Positions 1 through 9,898 are shown, numbered from the stretch's first letter. The stretch is 64,000 nt of DNA from Promethearchaeota archaeon (GCA_048937405.1 JBHLNF010000001.1:224001-288000); one strand, 5' to 3'. Made by a program: numbers and translations. Notes: a model not told the origin generated them from the sequence alone.

Positions 1-815
1 TTATCTGTTGCATAACAGCCCCTGTAAACCTTTTTCAAATCTAAACCCTTTATATTTATTCCTACTCTATCACCTGCTCTAGCAATATTAACATTCTGGT
101 GGAATATTTGAATACTTTTAACACGCCCAGAAGTCTTCACAGGTATAATTTCTAAGTTTTGATTTACTTTTAATGTCCCATTTAAAATTGTACCTGTTAA
201 AATTGCACCCATTCCTTTTATTGGAAAATGATGATCAATAGGAATTATTATATTGCCTTCAGTATGTCTTTCTATTTGTAAAGATTTTATTGTTTCTAAT
301 ATACCTGTTTTTAGATTTTCAAATCCAACCCTATCTTTCGATGAAACGGCAAAAATTGGCACATCAGACCCAAAGATAGTAGACCCGAAAAATTCCCTAA
401 TTTTTTTTAACTCATCATCAATATTTTTAGAGAATAAATCAATTTTATTAATCACTACAATAATTTTGTTGATATTAAGCGATTCAATTAAAATAAGATG
501 TTCTCCAGTTTGAACCTGAGGTCCTTTATTAATATCAATGACAACTATAGCACAATCAATGATTTCTACAGATGAAGCACTAATTTTTATCAAATCCGCA
601 TGACCCGGACCGTCAACTAAAGTTATAATATACTTATCAAGTATAAAACTGGTAAAACCTAAATCAATCGTAATTCCTCGTTCTTTGCTTTGAGGATGGG
701 CATCAATACCTGCAGTGGAGATGATTTCGCTGAGTACTTCTGCTATTGCAGTCTTCCCAGAGTCGATATGTCCAAACAAACCAATGTGTATAGGGGTTTT
801 CTTTTCAATTTCCAT
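1..815 (-). CDS. selB: Selenocysteine-specific translation elongation factor SelB/EFSec (3' end runs off the window)
   Basis: Not in the ORF track. Manual translation from ATG at 815: MEIEKKTPIHIGLFGHIDSGKTAIAEVLSEIISTAGIDAHPQSKERGITIDLGF...LVDGPGHADL...QTGEH...NKID. Translational GTPase motifs with the SelB-type GITIDLGF; tRNA-Sec and SepSecS are nearby. Confidence 0.9.
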   Translation of the reverse strand, partial: MEIEKKTPIHIGLFGHIDSGKTAIAEVLSEIISTAGIDAHPQSKERGITIDLGFTSFILDKYIITLVDGPGHADLIKISASSVEIIDCAIVVIDINKGPQVQTGEHLILIESLNINKIIVVINKIDLFSKNIDDELKKIREFFGSTIFGSDVPIFAVSSKDRVGFENLKTGILETIKSLQIERHTEGNIIIPIDHHFPIKGMGAILTGTILNGTLKVNQNLEIIPVKTSGRVKSIQIFHQNVNIARAGDRVGINIKGLDLKKVYRGCYATD

Positions 816-978
816 CTTTATGTACTTTAAAAATGACATAAATATATAGATTGTTATTCAAATTGTTTAACAGTTAGATATTTAATATTAGACATTAAAA
901 ATCGGACTCAATTAATTTTATTTATAAGTTTGATTTAAAATAACATATAATTTAGAAACAAAATAATAAGATGATAGA

Positions 979-1836
979 ATGAGCCCAAAGTTTTGTCCTT
1001 ATTGTGGTAATCCTGTAAAACAAACAGATAAGTTCTGCATCATATGCGGGAAACCTATGCTGACAGATATACCAAAACCACAAAAGAGGCCAGAAGTTAA
1101 AGCTGTCGAAAAAGAAAATGAAATTGTTGAGAAGCAACCAGAAGTAATAGAACCTGTGGAAGAATCTAAAGAAATTGAAACAGAAGAAGATAAAGAGAAG
1201 CCTAAAAAATCTAAAGAAAAAAAAGAACCTTCACCTCTACCTGAAGATGTAAAAGAACAACTTGAATATTATATTGAATTTAACGATATTCAGTTAAATA
1301 AAAAGATATTGGCAGAAAAATTAACTGATATTTCAAAATCCACGAAAGATGAGAGATACGAATATGACCTTGATTTTAAGAAGGAAGTAAATATAAAATT
1401 AGAGGCATTAAAAACATTAATTAGTGAATTAAAGGAAAAGGAAAATGCAGTCAAGCAGAGTTTAGAGGAACCCTTTATTGTACAAAGGATAAATAAAGAT
1501 ATAGACACCAGAATTTTCCAGCTTGAAAATCTTGCAAGAGAACATAAATTAAAAAAAGTGGATCGAGAATCTTTTGAAAAACTAAGAGACAAATATAAAC
1601 AAGAAAAGGAAGATTTGGAACAAGAAAGAGATGATTTGATAGATGGAATGAAATTATGGATTCAAGACTTAAAATTAGAAAAAACAGAAATGTCTGGGGA
1701 GCGAAAGCTTACGAAAGGGAGATTTCATTCAAAAGAGCTTACTGAAGAGGAATTTAAAGAAGCAGACAAAGAATTCGATCTTCGATTAAAAAAAATCAAC
1801 ACTAAAATAAAAACATTGGAAAAATTAACAAAATAA
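979..1836 (+). CDS. Double zinc-ribbon protein with long coiled coil (C-terminal repeats reminiscent of CdvA-like/SHOCT-type helices)
   Basis: N-terminal CPYC..CIIC, a charged linker, then a heptad-rich region with two similar 'K(V/L)xxExF' helical units. Confidence 0.7.
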   Translation: MSPKFCPYCGNPVKQTDKFCIICGKPMLTDIPKPQKRPEVKAVEKENEIVEKQPEVIEPVEESKEIETEEDKEKPKKSKEKKEPSPLPEDVKEQLEYYIEFNDIQLNKKILAEKLTDISKSTKDERYEYDLDFKKEVNIKLEALKTLISELKEKENAVKQSLEEPFIVQRINKDIDTRIFQLENLAREHKLKKVDRESFEKLRDKYKQEKEDLEQERDDLIDGMKLWIQDLKLEKTEMSGERKLTKGRFHSKELTEEEFKEADKEFDLRLKKINTKIKTLEKLTK

Positions 1837-1887
1837 GCATGATAGGGAAAATATTTTTATTAAGTAATATTTTTAATTGTAATAATA

Positions 1888-2013
1888 ATGAGGAATAAAA
1901 TAGTCGCTATAATCATTCTACTTGTCGGATTATCCCTATTGACAATTGGAATTATTCAGGGACAAAATTTATTAATAAATTTATTATATGAACAAATGGT
2001 AGCAGTTCCTTAA
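1888..2013 (+). CDS. Small 41-aa single-TM/signal-like peptide
   Basis: Manual translation MRNKIVAIIILLVGLSLLTIGIIQGQNLLINLLYEQMVAVP*. It fills the gap between genes. Confidence 0.45.
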   Translation: MRNKIVAIIILLVGLSLLTIGIIQGQNLLINLLYEQMVAVP

Positions 2014-2016
2014 TAT

Positions 2017-2313
2017 TCAATCCCATCTTCCTTTTCTAACTGCTATTGAATCATCTAAAAACCCCTTCTTTTGAAAAATCTTTTCTATTGATTTTCTATA
2101 TTTATTGGATTGATTATAATGATTTTTACATAAATAAATTTTATGTTGTGGATTTTTATTATATTTTAAACCTGAATTTTCAACATACTTTTTCCATGCG
2201 TTTTCAGAAAGCGATCGAATCGCAACTTCATCACACTCTTTAATAGAACACTGTTTATTTTTTGTAGATCCACCTAACTCACCTTTATCTTTAAGTTCCT
2301 TCGGAAGTTTCAT
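2017..2313 (-). CDS. Small hypothetical Zn-binding protein
   Basis: Start moved to MKLPK at 2313 to avoid overlap with the divergent gene; C-x4-C...C-x2-H pattern. Confidence 0.6.
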   Translation of the reverse strand: MKLPKELKDKGELGGSTKNKQCSIKECDEVAIRSLSENAWKKYVENSGLKYNKNPQHKIYLCKNHYNQSNKYRKSIEKIFQKKGFLDDSIAVRKGRWD

Positions 2314-2398
2314 GCTTATACACTTGCTAAAAACTTTTTTAGAATCAAATATTATGTATCTCAAATTATTTATTATCTTAAAATTTTTGCTAAAGCAC

Positions 2399-3109
2399 AT
2401 GGATAAATTAAACTTGATTTTCAATGGAAATTTAATTAGGAAATCTGTTTATCCATTTGATTCCCCTGTAAGGATCTCTATAAAAGATGATTTCTTTACC
2501 CCATCAGCTGTTCTCTTTTCAATTATTCCCTATGAAAATAAACCCTATGAATTAATATTAATTCATAGGTCTAATAAGGGTACAAGACATAGAGGAGAAA
2601 TGTCTTTTCCTGGTGGAAAATTTGACCCGCTATTAGATTCCTCACTGAAGGACACAGCATTAAGAGAAACAGAGGAAGAAATCGGTGTATCTCGTAATGA
2701 TATTAAAATTCTTGGATGTTTGGATGACTTTCCTACGATGACTAGATATATTATTACCCCCTTTTTAGGCTTAATTGATAAAAATCAAGTTCTAGTTAAA
2801 GATAGTCGGGAAGTTCAGAGAATCTTAAAAATTCCAATTGATTTTTTTACTAGCAAAAGAAATTTTAGAGAAGAAGCGGTTGATGTCGAAAGAAGAAAAT
2901 TCCCAATTTTTTACTATAACTATATTGATGTTTCTAATGGTCAAAAATATACTATATGGGGGGCTACTGCTTATTTAATAACTGTCTTTATCGAAAAAGT
3001 GTATGGATTTAATATGTCAGACTCACGGTTAGAACGTTTCCAACTTAAAACAATTAAACAACTGAAAGAGTATGTTAAACTTAGAGATCAAATAACAAAG
3101 AAATTTTGA
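2399..3109 (+). CDS. Nudix hydrolase, CoA pyrophosphatase (NudL/PCD1-like)
   Basis: SAVL, HRGEMSFPGG, Nudix box ALRETEEEIG and IWGATA; start taken at MDKLN. Confidence 0.9.
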   Translation: MDKLNLIFNGNLIRKSVYPFDSPVRISIKDDFFTPSAVLFSIIPYENKPYELILIHRSNKGTRHRGEMSFPGGKFDPLLDSSLKDTALRETEEEIGVSRNDIKILGCLDDFPTMTRYIITPFLGLIDKNQVLVKDSREVQRILKIPIDFFTSKRNFREEAVDVERRKFPIFYYNYIDVSNGQKYTIWGATAYLITVFIEKVYGFNMSDSRLERFQLKTIKQLKEYVKLRDQITKKF

Positions 3110-3150
3110 CCTTAAATTATGATATTAACAGACTTTGCAGAAAATAATAC

Positions 3151-3303
3151 CTATTTTATTTTTCCTAATTTGCATAAATAATCTGGACAATTTTTACAAT
3201 TGGGGATCTTACACAAAAATCGGATCTTTGGAAGTATACATGATGAAAAAAAAGGGCATTCAATTAAATTTAAATCTGATGTTAATTCAGCATCACTACT
3301 CAT
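3151..3303 (-). CDS. Small Cys-rich protein (50 aa)
   Basis: Manual translation MSSDAELTSDLNLIECPFFSSCILPKIRFLCKIPNCKNCPDYLCKLGKIK*; AGGTGA SD 7 nt before the ATG. Confidence 0.65.
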   Translation of the reverse strand: MSSDAELTSDLNLIECPFFSSCILPKIRFLCKIPNCKNCPDYLCKLGKIK

Positions 3304-3566
3304 ACTAGTTTCACCTATTATCTCAATTTGATTTAAAAAAATTAACCAATTTAAATATTTAAAGAAAAAGACAGTCTAAGATTAGTAATTTAATAACTTA
3401 ATAACTGTACTTTTGAAGTAATACTCTTATTATTGGTTATAATATCCACATAAAAAGCTTAATATAAAGAATAAAGAAACTATTTTTTCTATAAAAACGA
3501 TGCATAATATTCATTTAGTATCATATACTATGTATATTTACTTACAAGAGGTATAAAGCTACAACT

Positions 3567-4781
3567 ATGAAATATCGAAAAATGGGATCCCTTGATTGGG
3601 ATGTGTCTGCTTTGGGATTTGGTGCTATGCGATTTCCTATGAAAGATCAAGTAAATGTGGATGAAGAACAAGCTATAAAAATGATTCGATATGCTATTGA
3701 TAATGGTGTAAATTATGTTGATACAGCATATACTTATCATCTTGGTAAAAGTGAGGTAATAGTGGGAAAAGCTCTCAAAAATGGATATCGAGAGAAGGTT
3801 CATCTTACTACAAAATCACCTGTATGGCTAATACAAAAAAGAGAAGATTTTGATAAATATCTTAACGAACAGATCGATCGATTACAAACTAACCTTGATA
3901 TATATCTATTTCATGGTTTAACTAAGGGACGTTTGGAGAAAATTAAAAAATTAAAATTAACTGAAAAAATGGAAGAGGCTAGAGAGAAGGGATTAATTAA
4001 ATATATTGGTTTTTCATTTCATGATAGTTTTGAGGCTTTTAAAGAAATAATTGATTACTATAATTGGGATTGCTGCCAAATACAATTCAACTACCTTGAT
4101 ACAGAATACCAAGCAGGTCTTAAAGGAGTAGAATATGCAGGAAGTAAAAATTTAGCATTAATAATTATGGAACCTATTCGAGGAGGAAAATTAGCTATTC
4201 CAACAGACAAATTAGATTCGAAACAAGAAATAAAAGATGTTTTGGAAAAATCAAATACTAATAGAACTATGGCTGATTTGGCATTACAATTTGTATGGAA
4301 CCATCCTGAAGTTTCTGTTGTATTAAGTGGAATGAGCAATATGCAACAAGTAAAAGAAAATGTTGAATCTGCAAATAATTCAGCAATAAATAGTCTATCA
4401 GCAGAAGAATTGCAGCTAACTTCAGAATTAAGGAAAATGTATGAAAAATATGAGCTTGTTCCCTGCACCAGTTGTAGATACTGTGAACCTTGTCCGAATG
4501 GAGTTGCTATTTCATGGATTTTTAGATTATTAAATGAATTAGCATACTGGGGTCAAGAAAGGATAGCTAGAGTATCATTTTTCTATAATAGATATGCGAA
4601 AACACCGGAAGAATTGGAAAAAAGGCGCTCCGAAGGACGAGAAGCAGAAGGAGTGGCAAGTTTATGTATTCAATGTGGTGAATGTCTTGATAAATGCCCC
4701 CAACAAATTGAGATCCCTGATCTTATGAAGAAGGTTGCTGCCATTTTTGAAGAAGGAAAAAAACTTTCAGAATTTTTCTAA
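3567..4781 (+). CDS. Aldo/keto reductase with C-terminal 4Fe-4S dicluster domain (copy 1)
   Basis: LGFGAMR, YVDTAY, GFSFHD, CxxCxxCxxCP and CIQCGECLDKCPQ motifs. Confidence 0.92.
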   Translation: MKYRKMGSLDWDVSALGFGAMRFPMKDQVNVDEEQAIKMIRYAIDNGVNYVDTAYTYHLGKSEVIVGKALKNGYREKVHLTTKSPVWLIQKREDFDKYLNEQIDRLQTNLDIYLFHGLTKGRLEKIKKLKLTEKMEEAREKGLIKYIGFSFHDSFEAFKEIIDYYNWDCCQIQFNYLDTEYQAGLKGVEYAGSKNLALIIMEPIRGGKLAIPTDKLDSKQEIKDVLEKSNTNRTMADLALQFVWNHPEVSVVLSGMSNMQQVKENVESANNSAINSLSAEELQLTSELRKMYEKYELVPCTSCRYCEPCPNGVAISWIFRLLNELAYWGQERIARVSFFYNRYAKTPEELEKRRSEGREAEGVASLCIQCGECLDKCPQQIEIPDLMKKVAAIFEEGKKLSEFF

Positions 4782-5052
4782 TAATTTCCTTAAAATATTC
4801 TATTTTTTTTTTTGTATAAATTTTCTCTTTAGAAAACTATATTAAACAAGGATTAGAGTAGGGATTTTCTACTCCTATTTTTTTGAAAAATTAATAATTA
4901 TAAGGAATAAAGTAATCGTTATAATCATTCTCTAAAAAATAAGTTTTATAAAAAAAATTGAAAATTTTTTTAATCTATGAAAATCATTCATAATATAAGT
5001 TTAGTAACATAGACTATGTATATTTATTTAAAAGAGGAATAAAGATCCTAAA

Positions 5053-6267
5053 ATGAAATATAGAAAAATGGGCTCCCTTAATTGGGAGGTGTCTGCTCTG
5101 GGATTTGGTGCTATGCGGCTCCCTATGAAAGATCGAGTAAATGTAGATGAAGAACAAGCTATAAAAATGATTCGTTATGCAATTGATAATGGTGTAAATT
5201 ATGTTGATACTGCATATCCTTATCATATGGGTCAAAGTGAAGTAATAGTGGGAAAAGCTCTCAAAGATGGATATCGTGAGAAAGTTAATCTTACTACAAA
5301 ATTACCTGTAGGGTTAATACAAAAAAGAGAAGATTTTGATAAAATTTTTAACGAACAAATTGATAGATTACAAACTACACCTGATATATATTTATTCCAT
5401 GGGTTAACTAAGGATCGTCTGGAGAGAATTAAAAAATTAAATCTAACTAAAAAAATGGAAGAAGTAAGAGAGAATGGATTAATTAAATATATAGGGTTTT
5501 CATTTCATGATAATTTTGAGGTCTTTAAAGAAATAGTTGATTATTACAATTGGGATTGCTGTCAGATTCAATTTAACTATCGTGATATAGAATACCAAGC
5601 AGGTCTTAAAGGAGTAGAATATGCAGGAAGTAAGAATTTAGCATTAATAATTATGGAACCTATTCGAGGAGGAAAATTAGCTATACCAAAAAAAAAATTA
5701 GATTCGAAACCAGAAGTTAAAGAAATTCTAGAAAAATCAAATATTCAAAGAACTATGGCTGATTTGGCATTACAATTTGTATGGAACCGTCCTGAAGTGT
5801 CTGTTGTATTAAGCGGTATGAGTACTATGCAACAGGTCATAGAGAATGTAGAATCCGCAAACAATTCAGAGATAAATAGTTTATCTGCTGAAGAATTGCA
5901 AACTACATCTGAGTTGCGGAAAGTATATGAAAAATATGATCTTGTACCTTGTACGAGTTGTAGATATTGTTTACCATGTCCAAATGGCGTTTCTATTTCA
6001 TGGATTTTTAGATTATTGAATGAAGTAGGATACTGGGGTGAAGAAAGGAAAGATAGAGTATTATTATTCTATCAAAGATACGCGAAAACTCCGGAAGAAT
6101 TAGAAAAAAGGCGCTCCGCAGGGGAAGAAGTAGAAGGAGCAGCAGATTTATGTATTCAATGTGGCGAATGTCTTGATAAATGTCCTCAACAAATTGACAT
6201 TCCCGATGTTGTGAAGAAAGCTGATGCAATTTTTAAAGGAGAAAAAACAGTTTCAGAACTATTCTAA
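5053..6267 (+). CDS. Aldo/keto reductase with C-terminal 4Fe-4S dicluster domain (tandem paralog, copy 2)
   Basis: Same length (404 aa) and motifs as 3567-4781; the upstream sequence is also similar. Confidence 0.92.
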   Translation: MKYRKMGSLNWEVSALGFGAMRLPMKDRVNVDEEQAIKMIRYAIDNGVNYVDTAYPYHMGQSEVIVGKALKDGYREKVNLTTKLPVGLIQKREDFDKIFNEQIDRLQTTPDIYLFHGLTKDRLERIKKLNLTKKMEEVRENGLIKYIGFSFHDNFEVFKEIVDYYNWDCCQIQFNYRDIEYQAGLKGVEYAGSKNLALIIMEPIRGGKLAIPKKKLDSKPEVKEILEKSNIQRTMADLALQFVWNRPEVSVVLSGMSTMQQVIENVESANNSEINSLSAEELQTTSELRKVYEKYDLVPCTSCRYCLPCPNGVSISWIFRLLNEVGYWGEERKDRVLLFYQRYAKTPEELEKRRSAGEEVEGAADLCIQCGECLDKCPQQIDIPDVVKKADAIFKGEKTVSELF

Positions 6268-6423
6268 TAATTTCTCTAGAATATACTAATTTCATCCTTT
6301 TTTTTTTAATAATCTAAAAGTTAGGTAAAATCTGTTATATAAAGAAATTTACTAAAAATGCTTAAAATTTTAAACAATAAACCATAAATTTCTTTTACAA
6401 CCATAAACTTAATTACTTAAATT

Positions 6424-6580
6424 GGCCCTTGACGGTCGGAATTGCTTGTAGATCATATAGATCTTCAACGATAAGTGGTCTCTGACGTTGGGCTTCAAAC
6501 CCAGTTATCCTGCGGAGGGATAGGAGTTCGATAATCATAAGATGTTATCTTATCTTCGAATGTCTCCTCGAGGGCCGCCA
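6424..6580 (+). tRNA. selC: tRNA-Sec (anticodon TCA at 6495-6497) with two BHB-type introns: 6441-6474 (D arm) and 6533-6562 (T loop, 59/60)
   Basis: After splicing: 9-bp acceptor GGCCCTTGA/TCGAGGGCC, 7-bp D stem GTCGGAG/CTCTGAC with TGGT loop, 6-bp anticodon stem with loop CTTCAAA, long variable arm, 4-bp T stem GGAG/CTCC with TTCGATT, and G73-CCA. This is the 9/4 archaeal/eukaryotic Sec fold, directly upstream of SepSecS. Confidence 0.95.
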
Positions 6581-6613
6581 TTTTCTTACAAAAAATAATA
6601 TTCAGGATTAATT

Positions 6614-7981
6614 ATGGTCGACTTGAATAAGATTATTGATTTTTTTAATAATATGGATATTCCTGAAGGCATGCTTAACAGAGGTCAACTTGTTTTAAAT
6701 GAGTTTTTGAATCCAATAAAAATCCTCTTTGAACAGAGATCTGTACCTCAAGAACCTTGGACAGATGATCAAATAGAATTTCTCCTCCAAACACTTTCAA
6801 ACATGGATACAGATAAAGATAAGAATGCTGCCAGGGTAGGTGAAAGAGAAGCAAGAATTGCTTCAAAACTCCATTTAAAAACATCAGCAGGATTTTGTCA
6901 TGGTGTAGGAAGAAGTGGTTTCTTAACAGCCCCTCAACCTAAAGCTCCAGGGGGATCTATCATGTATGAGCTTTCCAACTATTTAGCTCGATCCATTTTA
7001 AAAAAGTTCGGTCTTCCAAACATAAAGGACGCTATTGTAGTTCCATTATGTACTGGAATGTCATTATCCTTATCATTGGGTGCTTTAGGATCAAAACCAT
7101 CTGAGCAATCCTCTAATTTCAAAAGAACAGTGTTAGTTCCACAAATCGATCACAAATCAATTCTAAAATCAATTAATTTAATAGGTTTCAAAACAAAAAT
7201 TATTGAAGGGAAAATTTTTGGAGATGCTGTGAGGATTCCAATTGAAGATATAACAAGTAATTTAGATGAGGACTGTTTTGCAGTAATCTCAATAACAAGT
7301 TTTTTCCCACCTCGAGAACATGATAATATTAAGCAAATAAGTAAATTTGCTAAAGAAAATAATCTTATTCATATTGTTGTTAACGCTTATGGTGTACAAA
7401 GCCCTGAATGGATGGCATTAATTAAATCCGCCATTGATGCGGGGAGAGTAGATGCAATAATTCAGTCAACTGATAAAAATTTTCTTACCCCAGTAGGTGG
7501 AACTGTAATAGCCTCACCAATCAAAGAAAATATCATCAAAATAAGTCAAGCATATGCAGGTCGTGCTTCAGCAACTCCAGTTGTAAATTTTTTGATTTCA
7601 ATGTTATCATTAGGAATTTCTGGTTATCAAAGATTAATTACAGAGCAACAAAAGAATCGGAAAATTCTTGAAAGTAAACTAAGAGAAGTAGCTGAAAAAA
7701 TTAACGAGAGAATACTTGATGTCTTCAATCCAGTTGCGGTAGGATTATCACTAAAAACTCTAAAACAAGAACAATTATATGCACTTGGGGGGGCTTTGTA
7801 TAATTTAAGAGTTACTGGACCGAGAGTATTTAATCCTAATGAAAAAGTATTTGGAACATGTTGTAGCAATTATAACACTCCTTATATTATAATGAATGCT
7901 GCAATTGGAGCAACTGAAAATGATATTCTGTCTGCTGTTGAGAGATTTAAAAAAGCATATAAGCAGATTGTTAGAAAATAA
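6614..7981 (+). CDS. spcS: O-phosphoseryl-tRNA(Sec) selenium transferase SepSecS
   Basis: VGEREAR, HGVGRSG, QPKAPG, NAYG, QSTDKNF (PLP lysine) and AYAGRAS. Confidence 0.96.
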   Translation: MVDLNKIIDFFNNMDIPEGMLNRGQLVLNEFLNPIKILFEQRSVPQEPWTDDQIEFLLQTLSNMDTDKDKNAARVGEREARIASKLHLKTSAGFCHGVGRSGFLTAPQPKAPGGSIMYELSNYLARSILKKFGLPNIKDAIVVPLCTGMSLSLSLGALGSKPSEQSSNFKRTVLVPQIDHKSILKSINLIGFKTKIIEGKIFGDAVRIPIEDITSNLDEDCFAVISITSFFPPREHDNIKQISKFAKENNLIHIVVNAYGVQSPEWMALIKSAIDAGRVDAIIQSTDKNFLTPVGGTVIASPIKENIIKISQAYAGRASATPVVNFLISMLSLGISGYQRLITEQQKNRKILESKLREVAEKINERILDVFNPVAVGLSLKTLKQEQLYALGGALYNLRVTGPRVFNPNEKVFGTCCSNYNTPYIIMNAAIGATENDILSAVERFKKAYKQIVRK

Positions 7982-8102
7982 AATTATTCTAATATAATTT
8001 AATATTCTATTTTAACAGAAATAAAAATAAATAAAAGCTAGAAGTTCTATATTTTAATAAAAATTATTTAAACAATGCTAAATTGATCAGTGGAGAATTG
8101 CA

Positions 8103-8783
8103 ATGGAAAACAGACTGTTAGACCAATTTAATAATGTTATTATTTCTCAGTGGCCTTCTAAACAAATAGAAGTAGTATATAATCCTTTAAATCCCCGAGA
8201 ATTATTTGAAATAGCGTATCACACTGTTAATTCAGTAACTATGAGAAATATCTACATCAAACAATCTGCAAATGAAGATCAAGGAGGATCTAAAGCTATT
8301 TTTTACTCAAACAGCAAAAAATTTATAGTTATTGACGCTTTAGAAAATAACTTAACAATAACTAAATATTTTAGTGAAGGGACTACTGGAGATAAAATTA
8401 TAACAGAAATTCAACCCTTATTTATGAGAAGGAAAGAGAATTTTGCTAAAGAAGATACAGAAGCGAAAACTCAGATTTTAAAAAGCATTTTAGTAGAGAG
8501 AAAACTTGATGAATGTACAAATTTAGTATTGTTAAAAGGGATTAATCGAAAGATTTATTTCGCTATAGGTGATGCGAGAGAATCTGCTGCTGTTGTTCCA
8601 ATCTTTATGGAAGCTGAAGGGGCAAGTTTAGTACAATTAGCTTTGAATAAATGGATGGAAACCGCTCAGAGATTAGAACAAGAGCATAATTTTCCTGATA
8701 ACCTTATTCCCGGTATTATTAAGAATCTAACACAGATAAAAAGATGGTTACTCGATTTAATCAGTTCATTTTTAGATAAATGA
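8103..8783 (+). CDS. Hypothetical protein
   Basis: 226-aa ORF with GGAG SD; no family recognised. Confidence 0.7.
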   Translation: MENRLLDQFNNVIISQWPSKQIEVVYNPLNPRELFEIAYHTVNSVTMRNIYIKQSANEDQGGSKAIFYSNSKKFIVIDALENNLTITKYFSEGTTGDKIITEIQPLFMRRKENFAKEDTEAKTQILKSILVERKLDECTNLVLLKGINRKIYFAIGDARESAAVVPIFMEAEGASLVQLALNKWMETAQRLEQEHNFPDNLIPGIIKNLTQIKRWLLDLISSFLDK

Positions 8784-9102
8784 TAATCCTTACTTTTCCT
8801 ATATTGATTAAAAATTAAGTTTGTAGAGATTTAATATTAATAATTGTTGCTATTTTTTCAAAATAGAACTCTTTTTTTTTGATTTCTTTTATTAACTTTA
8901 TTATAAAATTCCTTTAATTTTTGATAAAATCTATTATCTAAAAAATTAATGAATTCAAATTAAGTCAAAGAATAAAATATAGAAATTTCAATTTAATTAC
9001 AAAAAATAAAATTTTTAAGCAGAATAAATTAAGACTACTTCTAAAATAGTAAATAGATTATATAGAAAAACGTGAAATGCATGTTTCACGAACAAAAAAA
9101 AA

Positions 9103-9283
9103 TGGGCCATCGGGGATTTGAACCCCGGATCTCAGGTTTTTACTGTATACGAACATAATTATCAACGTACTTTGTCTGTTCGTAGGTCATTTATAAGACC
9201 TGCGCTTGTTGACCAAGCTTGCAAACCTGTTAACCATTTCAGTCATCTAAAGAAGCTTTAAATGAAAGCTAAGCAAATGGCCC
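9103..9283 (-). tRNA. tRNA-Ile (anticodon TAT) with three BHB-type introns: 9237-9266 and 9208-9230 (D loop) and 9138-9190 (anticodon loop, about 38/39)
   Basis: The spliced 75-nt product GGGCCAT TT GCTT AGCTTGGTTA AAGC G CAGGT CTTATAA ACCTG AGATC CGGGG TTCAAAT CCCCG ATGGCCC A is a clean cloverleaf with a short variable arm. A T-run follows. Confidence 0.88.
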
Positions 9284-9459
9284 CGCGATAGTATTGTATT
9301 CGATTCTTTTTCTAGCGTTTGAAATATTTTATTTTATAATGTCAAAAGGTACAAAAAGATAAAAATTTTTTTATTGGTGTAATCTGTTATATTTATAATT
9401 GAAGAAAAAAATGAGACTTAAGTTAAATACTAAAAATAATCTAAAAATGTTGATGTTCA

Positions 9460-9873
9460 ATGGCTGAAATGTTAACAGATCTCCTTCAGAATATCTATAA
9501 GAGGATTGCTCAGCTTGGTCAAGCAATCCAAGAGTTAAAGACATCATTAGATGAACTTAATCAAAATATTGAACAAAAAATTTCAAATTTAACAGAAAAA
9601 TTAGATGAATTTTCTAATGAGATTAATGTTACACAAACTAAGCATATTGATGCTGTAAAGGAAATTGGAGAAGGCACAACGAAAGAATTGAAAACTATTC
9701 AAGAAGGTTTAGGTTTAGAAGCTTTAAAAAATCTAATTAAAAAACTTGAGGAATTTGCTAAACTTTCTGAGGGTATTCTTAATCAAGATACTGTGAATTT
9801 ATTATTATCTGAAGCAATTGACTCAGTTAAAAATCTTAAAGAATCTATTAGAGAAGAAGAGGTAGTTGAATAA
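9460..9873 (+). CDS. Coiled-coil hypothetical protein
   Basis: 137-aa heptad-rich ORF. Confidence 0.7.
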   Translation: MAEMLTDLLQNIYKRIAQLGQAIQELKTSLDELNQNIEQKISNLTEKLDEFSNEINVTQTKHIDAVKEIGEGTTKELKTIQEGLGLEALKNLIKKLEEFAKLSEGILNQDTVNLLLSEAIDSVKNLKESIREEEVVE

Positions 9874-9898
9874 AAAATTAAAGTTTCATTAAAATAGG

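Noticed and set aside
253-513. Track ORFs antisense to or nested in real genes (e.g. 253-513, 1290-1592, 4091-4468, 20454-20660, 22051-22449, 43243-43566)
   Set aside because: These are shadow frames of well-supported genes on the other strand or frame, with no motifs.
9071-9090. Inverted repeat CGTGAAA-N6-TTTCACG downstream of tRNA-Ile
   Set aside because: A single short palindrome; it could be a terminator or binding site but has no second occurrence or other support.
9138-9200. Reading the 9.1-kb tRNA as Leu(TAA) via alternative splice sites
   Set aside because: The variable arm is only 5 nt, and the intron helix (TTAT/GTAA with TG/CA inner pairs) supports the TAT loop.
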